From the NCBI GenBank assembly GCA_963792585.1, contig CAWBWI010000001.1, positions 1,728,001 to 1,792,000 on the forward strand: a DNA stretch of 64,000 nt, read 5' to 3'. Shown here one piece after another: positions 63,221 to 64,000 of the stretch. A program made the position numbers and the translations under genes. The notes under the pieces are model-generated. The model saw only the letters and a list, made by a program, of their open reading frames with translations. It was not told the origin of the DNA and did not search any database. Every line of letters begins with the position of its first letter. Positions within the stretch are counted from its first letter, which is position 1. Source of the stretch: Candidatus Eiseniibacteriota bacterium (lineage in GTDB: Bacteria; Eisenbacteria; RBG-16-71-46; CAIMUX01; VGJL01).

Positions 63221-63850
63221 TCACAAGCTCTTGAAACCAGTCTCGCCTTTCGCCTCGCTGGGATACCGCGTATCGAACTCCTCCCGCGTCATCCCAAACC
63301 GCAGTTCGTCATAGTAATGGCCGCCGGTGTAAATGGCCCGACGAATGCGCCCCTCTTTTCGGCAACCGAGTTTGAGCAGCGAGCGGATCTCCGCGGCGTT
63401 CGTCTCGATGCAAGCAACGTTGTACTTCTGCATGCGCATTTCATGAAAGGCATAGAGCAAGAGAATCCCCTTGGCCTCGCCTGCGTAGCCCCGTCCTCGG
63501 TATCGACGGTGGATTAGGGTCCCCGTGCCGAAGGTGCCGTTCTTGCGATCGATGGAGTGGATGTTCGTGCCGCCCACGATCTGACCCCGGTGGGTCTCGA
63601 TGGTGAACATGATTCGCCTGTCCGCGTTGCTAAACTCGCCGAACTCCTCGGCCAACTTCCTGGCGGCCGCCGGTGACTTGGGCAAATCGATGCCATATGA
63701 CAGGGTGCGGACTGCCTCGCTGTCCTGCATCTCCAGTAGCCAGGACCCGAGATCCTCCAAGCGGAGGGCGCGAAGCCGTATGCGGGGTCCTCTCCAGAAG
63801 TAGGCGCCGGGTTTCTTCGTAGGCCTTGTTTCTTCTCGCTTCCGACTCAT
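63221..63850 (-). CDS. GNAT N-acetyltransferase (RimJ/RimL-like)
   Basis: IRLRAL, YRGRGYAGEA, YAFHEM and KLGCRKEGRIR motifs; GGAGGAGG RBS. Confidence 0.9.
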   Translation of the reverse strand: MSRKREETRPTKKPGAYFWRGPRIRLRALRLEDLGSWLLEMQDSEAVRTLSYGIDLPKSPAAARKLAEEFGEFSNADRRIMFTIETHRGQIVGGTNIHSIDRKNGTFGTGTLIHRRYRGRGYAGEAKGILLLYAFHEMRMQKYNVACIETNAAEIRSLLKLGCRKEGRIRRAIYTGGHYYDELRFGMTREEFDTRYPSEAKGETGFKSL

Positions 63851-63943
63851 GCGGGCCTCCTCCACAGTGCAAAGGCGACCAATGATGGGCATCTCCCGAA
63901 CGAGGTCGCCACAAGGTCGCTGGCAGCTCGCACGGGATCGGGA

Positions 63944-64000
63944 TCAGACGGCGGCATTGTCCGGCACCGCCGGAAGCTCGAGCGTGAAGCGCGCGCCTCC
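63944..64000 (-). CDS. 3' end of a probable sensor histidine kinase (HATPase_c)
   Basis: GGARFTLELPAVPDNAAV* matches the typical end of a HATPase_c domain; only 19 codons are visible. Confidence 0.6.
   Translation of the reverse strand, partial: GGARFTLELPAVPDNAAV

Overview
High-GC bacterial DNA read with the standard code 11, dominated by secreted and surface proteins. The style (FlgD-Ig/T9SS-like C-termini, [ST]WGx[IV][KR]xx[YF]R tails, cysteine-rich modules) suggests an FCB-superphylum candidate lineage such as Eisenbacteria, Krumholzibacteriota or Latescibacterota; this placement is inference. Contents: an ECF sigma factor with a kinase-STAND-TPR partner, a four-gene envelope-modification cluster, several secreted peptidases (M48, C25, M1, M43), FG-GAP and Fn3/TolB proteins, a GlmL fusion, a MacAB-like ABC exporter, a PurF variant without the catalytic Cys, and two very large Cys-rich repeat proteins carrying cohesin-like and dockerin-like modules. 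The top finding is a small secreted CBM6/35-like gene (49334-49912, minus strand) that the ORF track truncates at an in-frame TGA. The frame continues for 67 codons to the conserved SWGRVRTLYR tail, and the TGA is followed immediately by a hairpin resembling a bacterial SECIS, so this is a candidate new secreted selenoprotein. Five genes have single-base frameshifts, all in homopolymer runs, most likely long-read errors. No rRNA, tRNA, CRISPR array or intact mobile element was seen.
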